Positions 1 to 8,788 of a DNA stretch of 32,000 bases are shown piece by piece. Source of the DNA: Corynebacterium amycolatum (lineage in GTDB: Bacteria > Actinomycetota > Actinomycetes > Mycobacteriales > Mycobacteriaceae); NCBI RefSeq assembly GCF_049243625.1, contig NZ_CP046975.1; one strand, 5' to 3'. Each line of letters opens with the position of its first letter. The first letter of the stretch is position 1. The translations under genes were made by a program, and so were the position numbers. The notes under the pieces were generated by a model that was not told where the DNA came from, made no database searches, and was given only the letters and a program-made list of their open reading frames with translations.

Positions 1-603
1 GCGGATGTCATCATCGAGGCCGTGGCGCTGGCCAAGGAGCGCAACCCGAAGGCCATTTACTCGTGTGACCCGGTGATGGGAAATGCCAAGAGTGGCTGCC
101 ACGTCTCGGATGACATTCCGCCGCTGCTGCGCGACAAGGTCGTGCCGGTGGCAGACGTGATTACGCCGAACCAGTTTGAGCTGGGATACCTGACAGGCCG
201 CGAGGTCAGCGACCTGGAGTCCACCATTGCGGCAGCCCATGCTGCTCGTGAGATGGGCCCGGAGGCCGTGCTGGTCACCAGCGTGCTGCGTCCGGAGCGC
301 AAGGAGGGCGAGATTGAGATGCTCGCCGTCAACGGTTCGGGCGCATGGCTGGTGGCGACACCGTACCTGCCGCTGAAGCGCAACGGTTCCGGTGATGTCA
401 CGGCCGCGCTGTTCGCGGGTAACCTGCTGCGTGGTCGCGGTATTGACGGTGACCTTTCGGTCGCACTGGGCAACACAGCGGCCAGCATCTTTGAACTGCT
501 GAAGGTCACGCACGAGTCCGGCTCTGGCGAGCTGGAGCTCGTTCGTGCGCAGGAGGCCTACGTCAACCCGGAGCAGCGGTTTGAGGTTACGAAGGTTCAG
601 TAG
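1..603 (+). CDS. pdxY: pyridoxal kinase (PdxY/PdxK, ribokinase family), 5' end outside window
   Basis: Frame 1 is open from nt 1 (ADVIIEAVALAKERNPK...), so the listed GTG at 22 is probably internal. The product shows PdxY-like blocks (CDPVMG..GC, ITPNQFEL, GSGDVTAALF near the C-terminus). TAG stop at 601-603. Confidence 0.8.
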   Translation, partial: ADVIIEAVALAKERNPKAIYSCDPVMGNAKSGCHVSDDIPPLLRDKVVPVADVITPNQFELGYLTGREVSDLESTIAAAHAAREMGPEAVLVTSVLRPERKEGEIEMLAVNGSGAWLVATPYLPLKRNGSGDVTAALFAGNLLRGRGIDGDLSVALGNTAASIFELLKVTHESGSGELELVRAQEAYVNPEQRFEVTKVQ

Positions 604-629
604 GGCTGGGGTGCAGTAGGGCTGGGGGG
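598..629. repeat. 16-bp tandem duplication (cagtagggctgggg + 2 nt) x2 containing the pdxY stop codon
   Basis: Copies at 598-613 and 614-629 are 15/16 identical. The G-runs GGG-CT-GGGG-N7-GGG-CT-GGGGGG are read directly from the sequence. Confidence 0.85.
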
Positions 630-639
630 CTCAGCCCCC
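625..639. terminator. GC hairpin (gggggc-tca-gccccc) between convergent pdxY and menB
   Basis: 6-bp G/C stem with a 3-nt loop, between the stop codons at 603 and 644. There is no U-tract, so terminator function is only inferred. Confidence 0.3.
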
Positions 640-643
640 GCGC

Positions 644-1612
644 CTAGTAATAGAACGGGAATTCTTCCCAGTTCGGGGCACGCTTCTCCAAGAACGCTTC
701 CTTGCCCTCGACGGCTTCGTCGGTCATGTAGGCCAGGCGAGTAGCCTCGCCCGCGAAGACCTGCTGGCCCATCAGGCCGTCGTCGGTTAGGTTGAAGGCG
801 AACTTCAGCATGCGCTGCGCCGTCGGGGACTTACCGTTGATCATGCGACCCCACTCGACCGCGACATCTTCCAACTCAGCGTGGTCGGCGACCTCGTTCA
901 CGGCGCCCATGCGGTGCATGGTCTCAGCGTCGTAGGAGCGGCCGAGGAAGAAAATCTCGCGGGCAAACTTCTGACCAACCTGCTTTGCCAGGTAGGCCGA
1001 GCCATAGCCGGCGTCGAAAGATCCCACGTCAGCGTCGGTCTGCTTAAAGCGGGCCTCCTGGCGCGATGCGAGCGTCAGGTCACACACCACGTGCAGGGAG
1101 TGTCCGCCACCTGCGGCCCAACCGTTGACCACGGCAATGACAACCTTCGGCATAGTGCGAATTAGGCGCTGCACCTCCAGGATGTGCAGGCGACCTCCCT
1201 CGACCTTGGCTCGCGCGGTATCGATGGTGGATGCGTCCGCGGTGGCGTCGTCATGCTCGTGAGACGTTGCGTACTGGTAACCGGAACGACCACGAATGCG
1301 CTGGTCGCCGCCCGAACAGAATGCCCAGCCACCGTCCTTGGTGCTCGGGCCGTTACCGGTCAGCAGCACAACGCCGACATCCGGAGTGCGACGCGCGTGG
1401 TCGAGCGCGCGGTAGAGCTCATCGACGGTATGCGGGCGGAATGCGTTACGAACCTCCGGGCGATCAAACGCAATACGCACAATGCCGTTCTCGCGGCCCT
1501 CGCCGACGTGGCGGTGGTAGGTGATGTCGGTCAAATCCTCAAAACCATCAACCGTCTTCCACTGCTCGGGGCGGAAGGGGTTATCGGTCGAGTACTTCGC
1601 GGTATCAGTCAT
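644..1612 (-). CDS. menB: 1,4-dihydroxy-2-naphthoyl-CoA synthase (crotonase fold)
   Basis: The product MTDTAKYSTDNPFRPEQWK...AFCSGGDQ...WAAGGGHSLH... is typical MenB. The internal ATG (cat at 1610-1612) gives 322 aa. The 429-aa ORF-track extension overlaps menC and looks non-coding. Confidence 0.9.
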   Translation of the reverse strand: MTDTAKYSTDNPFRPEQWKTVDGFEDLTDITYHRHVGEGRENGIVRIAFDRPEVRNAFRPHTVDELYRALDHARRTPDVGVVLLTGNGPSTKDGGWAFCSGGDQRIRGRSGYQYATSHEHDDATADASTIDTARAKVEGGRLHILEVQRLIRTMPKVVIAVVNGWAAGGGHSLHVVCDLTLASRQEARFKQTDADVGSFDAGYGSAYLAKQVGQKFAREIFFLGRSYDAETMHRMGAVNEVADHAELEDVAVEWGRMINGKSPTAQRMLKFAFNLTDDGLMGQQVFAGEATRLAYMTDEAVEGKEAFLEKRAPNWEEFPFYY

Positions 1613-1637
1613 GGCTTCCAGCATAAAGGTCTCTAGC

Positions 1638-2663
1638 ATGAGGGGTATGTCTGTGTCCGCTGCGCCCAACATCCAGTTTCCGCCAATCGATGGCATTCTC
1701 GACCGCGCCCACGTCGTGGCGCTACCCATGGCGGTGAAATTCCGCGGCGTCACCACCCGCGAGGCACTCCTCATCGACGGCCCCGCCACCTGGGGCGAGT
1801 TCGCGCCCTTCCTGGAGTACGAGGCGCCCGAAGCTGCCGCGTGGCTGCGCTCGGCCATCGAATGCGCATACGTTGGCCTGCCCACCCCGAAGCGCGAGTT
1901 TGTCGAGGTCAACGCCACCATCCCCGCCGTCACGCCCGAGCAGGTGCCGGAGGTCGTGGGGCGTTACCCCAGGTGTCGCACGTTCAAGGTCAAGGTCGCA
2001 GAGAGCGGCCAATCGCTTAACGACGACATCGAGCGCGTAGCCGCCGTCCGCACCTCAGTGGCCGAAGCCTATGGCTATGAACCTGTGGTGCGGGTGGATG
2101 CGAATCGTGGCTGGTCGGTGGAGCAGGCCATCCGCGCCGCCCATGAGTTGGGCCCGCTGGAATATATGGAGCAGCCAGTTGCGACTGTCGCCGAGCTTCG
2201 CGAGGTCCGCGACGCAGTGGGGGAGTTTTGCCCGATTGCTGCCGATGAGTCGATTCGCAAGGCCGAGGATCCGTATTTGGTTGCGCGCGAACAGGCGGCG
2301 GACGTGGGCGTAATGAAGGTCGCACCGCTTGGCGGGCCACGCCGTTTGCTTCGGTTGGCCGAGGAGCTGGCGATAAAGGTGACCGTCGCCAGCGCCTTGG
2401 ACACCGGTGTTGGCATGGCCGCGGGATTGTTCACGGCGGCGGCCCTGCCTGCCACCGAGCTGCAGCCGGAGCCAAACGCGGCGGGTTTGGCCACGTCGTC
2501 GCTGTTTATTGAGGACGTCATCGAGCCCCGGCCACTTATCGATGGCCGTCTGCCCGTCACCAACCCCGCGCCCGACCCTTCCCGCCTGGCCGAGCTCGCC
2601 GCGCCGGGTCCCCGCCGCGATTGGTGGTTCGACCGTCTCCGCGCGGCGTATGTGCACCTGTAG
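1638..2663 (+). CDS. menC: o-succinylbenzoate synthase (enolase superfamily)
   Basis: VALPMAVKFRGVTTREALLIDGPATWGEFAPFLEYE... matches actinobacterial MenC. ATG at 1638 has aaagg 8 nt upstream; an alternative ATG lies at 1647. The ORF-track start at 1521 overlaps menB. Confidence 0.85.
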   Translation: MRGMSVSAAPNIQFPPIDGILDRAHVVALPMAVKFRGVTTREALLIDGPATWGEFAPFLEYEAPEAAAWLRSAIECAYVGLPTPKREFVEVNATIPAVTPEQVPEVVGRYPRCRTFKVKVAESGQSLNDDIERVAAVRTSVAEAYGYEPVVRVDANRGWSVEQAIRAAHELGPLEYMEQPVATVAELREVRDAVGEFCPIAADESIRKAEDPYLVAREQAADVGVMKVAPLGGPRRLLRLAEELAIKVTVASALDTGVGMAAGLFTAAALPATELQPEPNAAGLATSSLFIEDVIEPRPLIDGRLPVTNPAPDPSRLAELAAPGPRRDWWFDRLRAAYVHL

Positions 2664-2664
2664 C

Positions 2665-2694
2665 GGCGCAGTGCAGTGGCGCAGTGCAGTGGCG
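2665..2694. repeat. 13-bp tandem repeat ggcgcagtgcagt x2.3 immediately after the menC stop
   Basis: Perfect copies at 2665-2677 and 2678-2690, with a partial third copy. The stop TAG is at 2661-2663. Confidence 0.85.
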
Positions 2695-2731
2695 GCTCAC
2701 GATCTGCTCCAACTCACGGAGCATCCAGAGA

Positions 2732-2798
2732 TACTGACCCCGTTTATGACACTTTGAGTTCGAAAAACGGCTCCAAACTGTCATAAACGGGGTCAGTA
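2732..2798. repeat. 67-bp palindromic element, copy A (20-bp perfect inverted arms, 27-nt centre)
   Basis: tactgaccccgtttatgaca (2732-2751) is the exact reverse complement of tgtcataaacggggtcagta (2779-2798). Four to five further pairs extend into the centre. It lies in the menC-menD spacer. Confidence 0.85.
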
Positions 2799-2838
2799 AC
2801 TCCCAACGAGCCCGATATCCGGCCTGACAAGTAGCCTA

Positions 2839-4746
2839 TTGAGTGTGAACGACAACCAGGACACCTCCCAGACTTCGCACGCTCAGGGCGCCAACATCAC
2901 CAATGCCGCCGGCACCGATGCTGGCACCCCAGCCTCGGCAACCGACGCCACGCCCCACACCTCCGCAGCCCATACAGCCCCCACGGCCCCATCCGCAGTG
3001 GTAGCGGGCCTCATCGTCGATGAGCTGCTGCGTCTCGGCATGGTCGATGCCGTAGTGTGCCCGGGTTCCCGGTCCGCCCCGCTGGCCCGCGCTCTGGTCC
3101 AGGCCGCCGATGCGGCGAAGGTCCGCCTCCATGTGCGCATCGATGAACGCTCCGCCGCCTTCCTCGCCCTCGGCCTGGCCTCGCGCACCCGCAAGGTGAC
3201 CCCGGTAATTACAACGTCCGGCACGGCGGTGGCGAACCTCGTTCCCGCCATGGTGGAAGCCACCGCGTCGGGTATTCCGCTGCTGGCACTGACCGCTGAC
3301 CGCCCCGCGCATTATCGCGGCACCGGCGCGAACCAGACCATCGTCCAGGACCGCCTGTTCGCCGATGCTTCCGTCGTCGAGTTCGATCTGGACGGCACCG
3401 CCCCGGTCACGAAGGCCACCGCCGCGCAGATTCGTGCCCGCATCGACCGCGTCGTCGCTGCCATGGCATCCGGCGCCGGCCACCTCAACGTTCGTTTTGT
3501 CGAACCGCTCGTGCCTGGCGACGACTCCGTCGCCGACATCCCCGAGGGCCGCGCAGACGGCGGCCCCTGGACCACGATTGCGCCTACCAACAGCAACAAC
3601 GTCGGCGCAGCTGCCATCGCAGCCCACTCAGCCAACTCGGCCCCTACCAGCCCGGCCGACGCAGCTAGCACAGCCACAATTGACATCAGCCGCCGCACAC
3701 TCGTGATTGCGGGCTCGAATGCCCCGCATCTGCCAGAGTTGGAGGATTTGCCAACCATCGCTGAGCCGAATGCATATGCGCCGGCGCACCCGGTTCACCC
3801 GCTTGCGGCGGGTACTTTTGCGCAGATTCCGCCGGAGCAGATTGTATTAGTCGGCAGGCCGACGCTGCACCGAGGAATCTCTAAGCTGCTGGCCAATCCT
3901 GATATCGAGTTGACGGTTGTCTCGGATGCGGAAAACCACGGCTTTGGAGTGGAGTTCCCGGATGTGACAGCGAACGCAAGGGCCGTCGTAAAGCATGTGC
4001 AGACTGTGGGGGACCAGGACCCGCAGTGGACGAAAATCTGTGAGGCCGCCAGCGAATTGGCGGTGAAGTCCGTGCGGGAGACGCTTACCGAGTCGATTGA
4101 AGCGGAGGAGCCACTGACCGGATTTCATGTAGCGGCGGCTCTGACGGATAGCCTGCGCACGGGTGACAATGTGGTGTTAGGCGCGTCGAACCCGGTGCGC
4201 GATGCGTCGTACACGGGCCTGCCTTTCCCGGGGGTGAACACGTATGCGGGACGAGGTGCCGCGGGCATCGACGGCACGGTGGCGACGGCGATTGGTATTG
4301 CGCTGGCGTCCGACCGCGAGCATGCCGACGAGATCCGCCCGCCAAGGACGATTGCGCTCATGGGGGACCTGACGTTCCAGCACGACTCCGCAGCGCTAGC
4401 GATTGGGCCGCTGGAGCCGAGGCCGGAAAACCTCACCATCGTGGTGGCCAATGATGCCGGTGGCGGTATTTTCGAGACGCTGGAAGCGGGCAGCCCGGCT
4501 CTGCGGGGAAGCTTTGAGCGCATCTTCGGCACCCCGCAGGACGTGGATTTTGAGGGCATCTGCCAGGCTTACGGGGTCGAGCACGTGCGCGTTGACCGCC
4601 TCCCAGATCTGCTCGCGCAGCTGCACCCGGATACCGACGTCGACGGCATTCGCGTCATCGAGGTGGCGACCACGCGTGCGACACGTCGGCAGTTGCATCA
4701 CAAGCTGGCATACAATGCGGAGATTGGGGTGCTGGACAAGCACTAG
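2839..4746 (+). CDS. menD: SEPHCHC synthase (ThDP-dependent MenD)
   Basis: IVDELLRLGMVDAVVCPGSRSAPLA... and the C-terminal ThDP block (GDLTFQHD...NDAGGGIF) are typical MenD. The start is ambiguous: TTG 2839 or GTG 2845 gives a ~50-aa Thr/Ala/Pro-rich extension. In-frame GTG 2998 is the only other start codon before the conserved core. Confidence 0.88.
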   Translation: MSVNDNQDTSQTSHAQGANITNAAGTDAGTPASATDATPHTSAAHTAPTAPSAVVAGLIVDELLRLGMVDAVVCPGSRSAPLARALVQAADAAKVRLHVRIDERSAAFLALGLASRTRKVTPVITTSGTAVANLVPAMVEATASGIPLLALTADRPAHYRGTGANQTIVQDRLFADASVVEFDLDGTAPVTKATAAQIRARIDRVVAAMASGAGHLNVRFVEPLVPGDDSVADIPEGRADGGPWTTIAPTNSNNVGAAAIAAHSANSAPTSPADAASTATIDISRRTLVIAGSNAPHLPELEDLPTIAEPNAYAPAHPVHPLAAGTFAQIPPEQIVLVGRPTLHRGISKLLANPDIELTVVSDAENHGFGVEFPDVTANARAVVKHVQTVGDQDPQWTKICEAASELAVKSVRETLTESIEAEEPLTGFHVAAALTDSLRTGDNVVLGASNPVRDASYTGLPFPGVNTYAGRGAAGIDGTVATAIGIALASDREHADEIRPPRTIALMGDLTFQHDSAALAIGPLEPRPENLTIVVANDAGGGIFETLEAGSPALRGSFERIFGTPQDVDFEGICQAYGVEHVRVDRLPDLLAQLHPDTDVDGIRVIEVATTRATRRQLHHKLAYNAEIGVLDKH

Positions 4747-4799
4747 CTGGACAAGCACTAGCTGGGCAAGGCTCGCTGGACAAGAACTAGCTGGCCGGC
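4732..4799. repeat. 15-bp tandem array ctggacaagcactag (~4.5 copies) starting inside the menD 3' end
   Basis: Copies at 4732-4746 (contains the menD TAG), 4747-4761 (identical), 4762-4775 (degenerate, 14 bp) and 4776-4790 (1 mismatch), then a decayed copy. Confidence 0.85.
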
Positions 4800-4858
4800 A
4801 GCATCAGATTAGAGCTGGAAACAATCAAGGACAGAAGAATAAGGAGGTCGCGACCGTC

Positions 4859-5350
4859 ATGCAGTGGAAAACTGCCCTGGCCAATTGGCCGCGCTTCCTT
4901 CGTCAGGTGCTGCTCTTTGTAATTATTTGCCTGTTACTTTCGTGCCTGGCCATGGTGGTTGGCTGCTTCATTAATGACCGCAATATCGAGTCGAACATGG
5001 GGCAGTCCGTAGCCAATGTGCGCTCGGTCGAGCTTCTTCGCACCACGGTCGATTTCGTCGACGAGAATGGTGACTTTCAGTCGCCACCAACCGGCTTGCT
5101 CTATCCCGTTGGTCTGGAAGAGGGGCAGCGCGTCCGCGTCGAATACGACCGCACTGACCCCAATGTCGTCCGCGTCGCCGGACGCACTTGGACGCTGTCG
5201 CTTCTCCCGGCTGCCAGCATCGCTGTGGTTGCGTTTATCGTCGTCGCGCCGTTGTGGTGGTTGTCGTTGCGCGCAACCCGTCGTTTACAAAGAGATCCCC
5301 AAAAGGTAAACAGAGGGTCACTTTCGCTTTCCGACGAGATGGAAAACTAG
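4859..5350 (+). CDS. small two-TM membrane protein (DUF3592-like; positional counterpart of Rv0556)
   Basis: ATG 4859 is preceded by AAGGAGG (4841-4847). The product has an N-terminal TM (VLLFVIICLLLSCLAMVVGCF), a soluble middle and a C-terminal TM (LLPAASIAVVAFIVVAPLWW). The 315-aa ORF-track version overlaps menD out of frame and was trimmed. Confidence 0.7.
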   Translation: MQWKTALANWPRFLRQVLLFVIICLLLSCLAMVVGCFINDRNIESNMGQSVANVRSVELLRTTVDFVDENGDFQSPPTGLLYPVGLEEGQRVRVEYDRTDPNVVRVAGRTWTLSLLPAASIAVVAFIVVAPLWWLSLRATRRLQRDPQKVNRGSLSLSDEMEN

Positions 5351-5354
5351 CACC

Positions 5355-6563
5355 ATGCGCGTTGCCATCATTGCTGAAAGCTTCTTGCCCAACATCAATG
5401 GAGTGACAAACTCCGTGCTGCGGGTGTTGGAACACTTACGCCGTGAGGGGCACGAGGCGCTGGTGATTGCGCCGGGTGCTCGGGACTGGCAAGAAGAAGC
5501 AGAGTTCTACTGCGACTACCGCATTGAGCGTGTGCCCACCGTGATGGTGCCGTTGATTGATTCGCTACCGATTGGTGTGCCGAACCGCAGGGTAGCGTCG
5601 GCGCTGACGCAGTTTAAGCCGGACGTGGTTCACCTGGCCTCACCGTTTGTGCTCGGTGGTGCGGGCGCGCTGACCGCCAAGGCGCTGGGCATCCCGGCTG
5701 TGGCTATCTATCAGACGGACGTTGCGGGTTTTGCCAAGAACTACAAGTTGGCGGGGCTCTCCACGGCCGCGTGGTTGTGGACGCGCGTGATTCACAACTC
5801 CTGCGCCCGAACGCTGGCGCCGTCGTCACCGACTATTGAGGACCTGCAGAATCACAAGATTCGTGACGTCTACCGCTGGGGTCGTGGTGTTGATGCGGTT
5901 CGCTTTACTCCGACAAAGCGTAGTGAAGAGCTCAGGAAGCAGTGGAGCCCGGAGGGCAAGCCGATTGTTGGTTATGTCGGCAGGCTGGCGGCGGAGAAAT
6001 CCGTGGAGCGGCTGGCAGCGCTGAACGGCCGCGATGATATCCAGGTGGTCATTGTTGGTAATGGCCCGGAGCTGCCGAAGCTGCAGAAGCAGATGCCGAA
6101 TGCCGTCTTTACCGGGCAGCTCACCGGCGATAAGTTGGCAGCGGCATTCGCCAGCCTGGACGTGTTCGTCCACACCGGTGACTTTGAAACCTTCTGCCAG
6201 GCCGTACAGGAAGCCCACGCTTCCGGTGTTCCGGCCATCGCTCCGAACGCAGGTGGCCCGCGCGACCTGATTACTAACGATGTCAACGGCTATCTGCTGG
6301 AGCCCAAGACTTTCACCCGCGATCTGTCTGAGGCGGTCGACAAGCTGCTGCTCGTCGACGATGAGCTGGCTCGCAAGCAGCTGCGCAACCGCTGCCGCGA
6401 CACCGTGACCGAACGTACCTGGGGAGCGCTGTGTGCAGACCTTGTTCGCCACTATGAGGAGGTTTCTGGGGTCTCCGCGGCCGAGACGTCAAGCAAGGTC
6501 GCAGCAGATACGATGGACGCTTCCCGTACAGGTGCTGCTACGCGTCAGAAGTCGGTCGCGTAA
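5355..6563 (+). CDS. mgtA: GT4-family glycosyltransferase (MgtA/PimB-like alpha-mannosyltransferase)
   Basis: [21 protein letters not shown]... and the C-terminal E-x7-E-type GT4 region. Its position between menD/membrane protein and menG mirrors Rv0557. The symbol is assigned by synteny only. Confidence 0.8.
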   Translation: MRVAIIAESFLPNINGVTNSVLRVLEHLRREGHEALVIAPGARDWQEEAEFYCDYRIERVPTVMVPLIDSLPIGVPNRRVASALTQFKPDVVHLASPFVLGGAGALTAKALGIPAVAIYQTDVAGFAKNYKLAGLSTAAWLWTRVIHNSCARTLAPSSPTIEDLQNHKIRDVYRWGRGVDAVRFTPTKRSEELRKQWSPEGKPIVGYVGRLAAEKSVERLAALNGRDDIQVVIVGNGPELPKLQKQMPNAVFTGQLTGDKLAAAFASLDVFVHTGDFETFCQAVQEAHASGVPAIAPNAGGPRDLITNDVNGYLLEPKTFTRDLSEAVDKLLLVDDELARKQLRNRCRDTVTERTWGALCADLVRHYEEVSGVSAAETSSKVAADTMDASRTGAATRQKSVA

Positions 6564-6573
6564 TCTGGACAGC

Positions 6574-7266
6574 GTGTCTAGGGCTGATTTAACGAAAAAT
6601 CCCAGCGAAGTCGCCTCGATGTTCGACGGCGTGGGAAAGAATTACGACATCACCAATACCGTGCTCACCGGTGGTATTGACCACTACTGGCGCGTGCGCA
6701 CGGCAAAGCGCCTGAACCTGCAGCCTGGCCAGAAGGTTCTCGACCTGGCCGCCGGTACGGCTGTTTCCTCAGTGGAGTTGGCAAAGTCTGGCGCGTACGT
6801 CGTTGCCTGTGACTTCTCCCGAGGCATGCTCAAGGCCGGTGCGCACCGCAATGTTCCCAAGGTCTGCGGTGACGGCATGAAGCTGCCATTCCCGGACAAC
6901 ACCTTCGACGCGGTGACCATCAGCTTCGGTCTTCGCAACATCGTGGACTACAAGGCGGGCCTCGCCGAACTAGCCCGCGTGACCAAGCCCGGTGGCCAGC
7001 TAACAGTCTGTGAGTTCTCCACCCCTGTGGTGCCAGTGTTTAGCACTTTCTACAAGGAGTACTTGATGCGGGCACTGCCGCAGATCGCCAAGGTCGTCTC
7101 CTCGAACCCGGAGGCCTACGTGTACTTGGCGGAGTCGATTCGCGCCTGGCCAAATCAGCCGCAGCTCGCCCGCGACATCAATGCCTCGGGCTGGGAGGAT
7201 GCTGGTTGGCAGAATCTCACCTTTGGCATCGCGGCGCTGCACTCGGCAACCAAGCCCGCGCAGTAG
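6574..7266 (+). CDS. menG: demethylmenaquinone methyltransferase (UbiE/MenG/MenH family)
   Basis: [16 protein letters not shown]..., the SAM motif VLDLAAGTA and FGLRN are family hallmarks. GTG 6574 lies 10 nt after the mgtA stop. The ORF-track start at 6433 overlaps mgtA. Confidence 0.85.
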   Translation: MSRADLTKNPSEVASMFDGVGKNYDITNTVLTGGIDHYWRVRTAKRLNLQPGQKVLDLAAGTAVSSVELAKSGAYVVACDFSRGMLKAGAHRNVPKVCGDGMKLPFPDNTFDAVTISFGLRNIVDYKAGLAELARVTKPGGQLTVCEFSTPVVPVFSTFYKEYLMRALPQIAKVVSSNPEAYVYLAESIRAWPNQPQLARDINASGWEDAGWQNLTFGIAALHSATKPAQ

Positions 7267-7288
7267 CTCGCGAGCTCGCAATCGGGCT

Positions 7289-7313
7289 GGGGCGCGGGGC
7301 CCGTCGTAAAGCA
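7289..7313 (+). repeat. bipartite 25-nt motif, copy a (GGGGCGC-GGGGCC-CGTCGTAAAGCA)
   Basis: Read directly from the sequence. It sits between the convergent menG (stop 7266) and the reductase gene (stop 7318-7320). Confidence 0.8.
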
Positions 7314-7317
7314 GTTT

Positions 7318-8670
7318 TTACCGCCAGGGCTGGCGTCCAAACCACTTATCGGAGGCCAGCGCCGCCTGCCCCGAAGCGCGCCACAGTCGCGCTACCACAT
7401 CCCGGTCGTGTTCCGTGACCAGGTTTCCCATCAGGCGTGCGGCAACACCCATGAACTGGCCGCCCCACGGGGCGCCGATGGTTATCGGGCCGACGGTCGG
7501 CAGGAAGCTCGGGTACGTCAACGTCAGTGCCAACTTGCGAGCCAGCGAGAAGCCGGTGCCGTAGTGTTCGCGAAGCAGGGCGGGCCAGGAGTGAGTCAGC
7601 CCATCGCGACCCGCACCAATCGAACTCATCAGCTCCACCGCTAGCCGCGCCGACTCCATGCCGTAGTCAATGCCCTCGCCGTTGAGCGGGTTGACCAGGC
7701 ACGCAGCATCACCGAGCAACGCCCAGTTCGGCCCCGCCACATTCGACACGGCACCACCCATCGGTAGCAGCGCCGACGTCACGTGCTCCGGTTCGCTCAT
7801 CTGCCACTGCTCACGCACCTGCCCGTGGTACTCGCGTAGCAACTTCTTCACGTTCGCGCGCGCCGGGCGTGCCGACGTCGCCAGCGCCCCGCACCCCACG
7901 TTCGCCCGGCCTTCTCCCAGCGGGAAAATCCAGCCATAGCCCGGGTGCGTCTGCCCCTCGGAGTCGCGCAGTTCCAGGTGCGAGTGAATCCAGCCATCCG
8001 CTACGTCCGCGCTGTCGAAGCTGACGTATGACCGCGCGGCCACGCCAAAGACGCTGTCGCGATGCCACGCACGCCCCAGCTGCTTACCGACGGTACTTCG
8101 GACCCCATCGGCCACGAGCAGCCAGCGGGCCGAGATGGTGTGTGGCTTGCCTTCGCGGTCGGAAAGTTCCACCTCGCGCACGCCGTGACCCCGCGTGCCA
8201 CCACTGCTTAGCGCTCCGAGAACCACCTTCCGCGCAGTGACCCCATCAAAGACTTGTGCTCCGGCATCAGCGGCGGCATTGAGCAAGAAAGTGTCGAGCT
8301 CAACACGCGGCATCGCGGATCCGACAGCGGGAAAAGTGCCGGAGGCATCATCTGGCCAAGGTGCGGTGATGGAGCCGCCGAAGCCGTGCAGCTTGAGTCC
8401 GCGGTTACGGTTGCGGCGCAGGAGCTCGTCGTCAAGCCCTAGGCGATGTAGCTCAGCGATAGCGCGAGGAGTGAGTCCGTCGCCACAAGTCTTGTCGCGC
8501 GGGAAGCGCTGCGAGTCGACCACAGTGACCGAAAAACCGGCGCGGGCGGCGTGAATTGCGGCTGCGGAGCCGGTGGGGCCAGCGCCAACAATGAGCACGT
8601 CAGTGCTGCTGGGTAGAGCGACGGCGCCGTCGAACGTGGGGGAAACTCGCGAAATCGGGCTTGAGGTCAT
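7318..8670 (-). CDS. menJ: geranylgeranyl reductase-family flavoprotein (MenJ-like menaquinone reductase)
   Basis: The FAD fingerprint VLIVGAGPTGSAAA, then KTCGDGLTPRA and the PLNGEGI motif. ATG at 8670 gives 450 aa. Synteny matches Rv0561c; the symbol is tentative. Confidence 0.8.
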   Translation of the reverse strand: MTSSPISRVSPTFDGAVALPSSTDVLIVGAGPTGSAAAIHAARAGFSVTVVDSQRFPRDKTCGDGLTPRAIAELHRLGLDDELLRRNRNRGLKLHGFGGSITAPWPDDASGTFPAVGSAMPRVELDTFLLNAAADAGAQVFDGVTARKVVLGALSSGGTRGHGVREVELSDREGKPHTISARWLLVADGVRSTVGKQLGRAWHRDSVFGVAARSYVSFDSADVADGWIHSHLELRDSEGQTHPGYGWIFPLGEGRANVGCGALATSARPARANVKKLLREYHGQVREQWQMSEPEHVTSALLPMGGAVSNVAGPNWALLGDAACLVNPLNGEGIDYGMESARLAVELMSSIGAGRDGLTHSWPALLREHYGTGFSLARKLALTLTYPSFLPTVGPITIGAPWGGQFMGVAARLMGNLVTEHDRDVVARLWRASGQAALASDKWFGRQPWR

Positions 8671-8788
8671 TGCCCCAGCGTATAACGACGTTGAAACAAA
8701 TATGGGAACTGGTCTGCTAGCCACTATGCTCGTAGGGTAGTTTATTTAGCAGTTTCTTATCTTTTATCGTCAGTTAGGCAGGTCTCGA

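Noticed and set aside
644-1933. Long N-terminal extensions proposed by the ORF track for menB (to 1933), menC (from 1521), the membrane protein (from 4403), menG (from 6433) and rplJ (from 15342)
   Set aside because: The extensions overlap neighbouring genes or leaders and encode Arg/Ser/Pro-rich junk. Internal starts reproduce the conserved N-termini, with RBS-like sequences in several cases.
2836-3627. 263-aa minus-strand ORF, plus other alternative-frame ORFs, across menD and the men genes
   Set aside because: They overlap well-supported conserved genes. The products are Gly/Arg/Ala-rich, typical of off-frame translation of GC-rich DNA.
8671-8700. cgtataacgacgttgaaac as another copy of the CGTCGTAAAGCG motif (complement)
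   Set aside because: Only the acgacg core matches. The flanking GCGCCCA box is absent, which is too weak to count.
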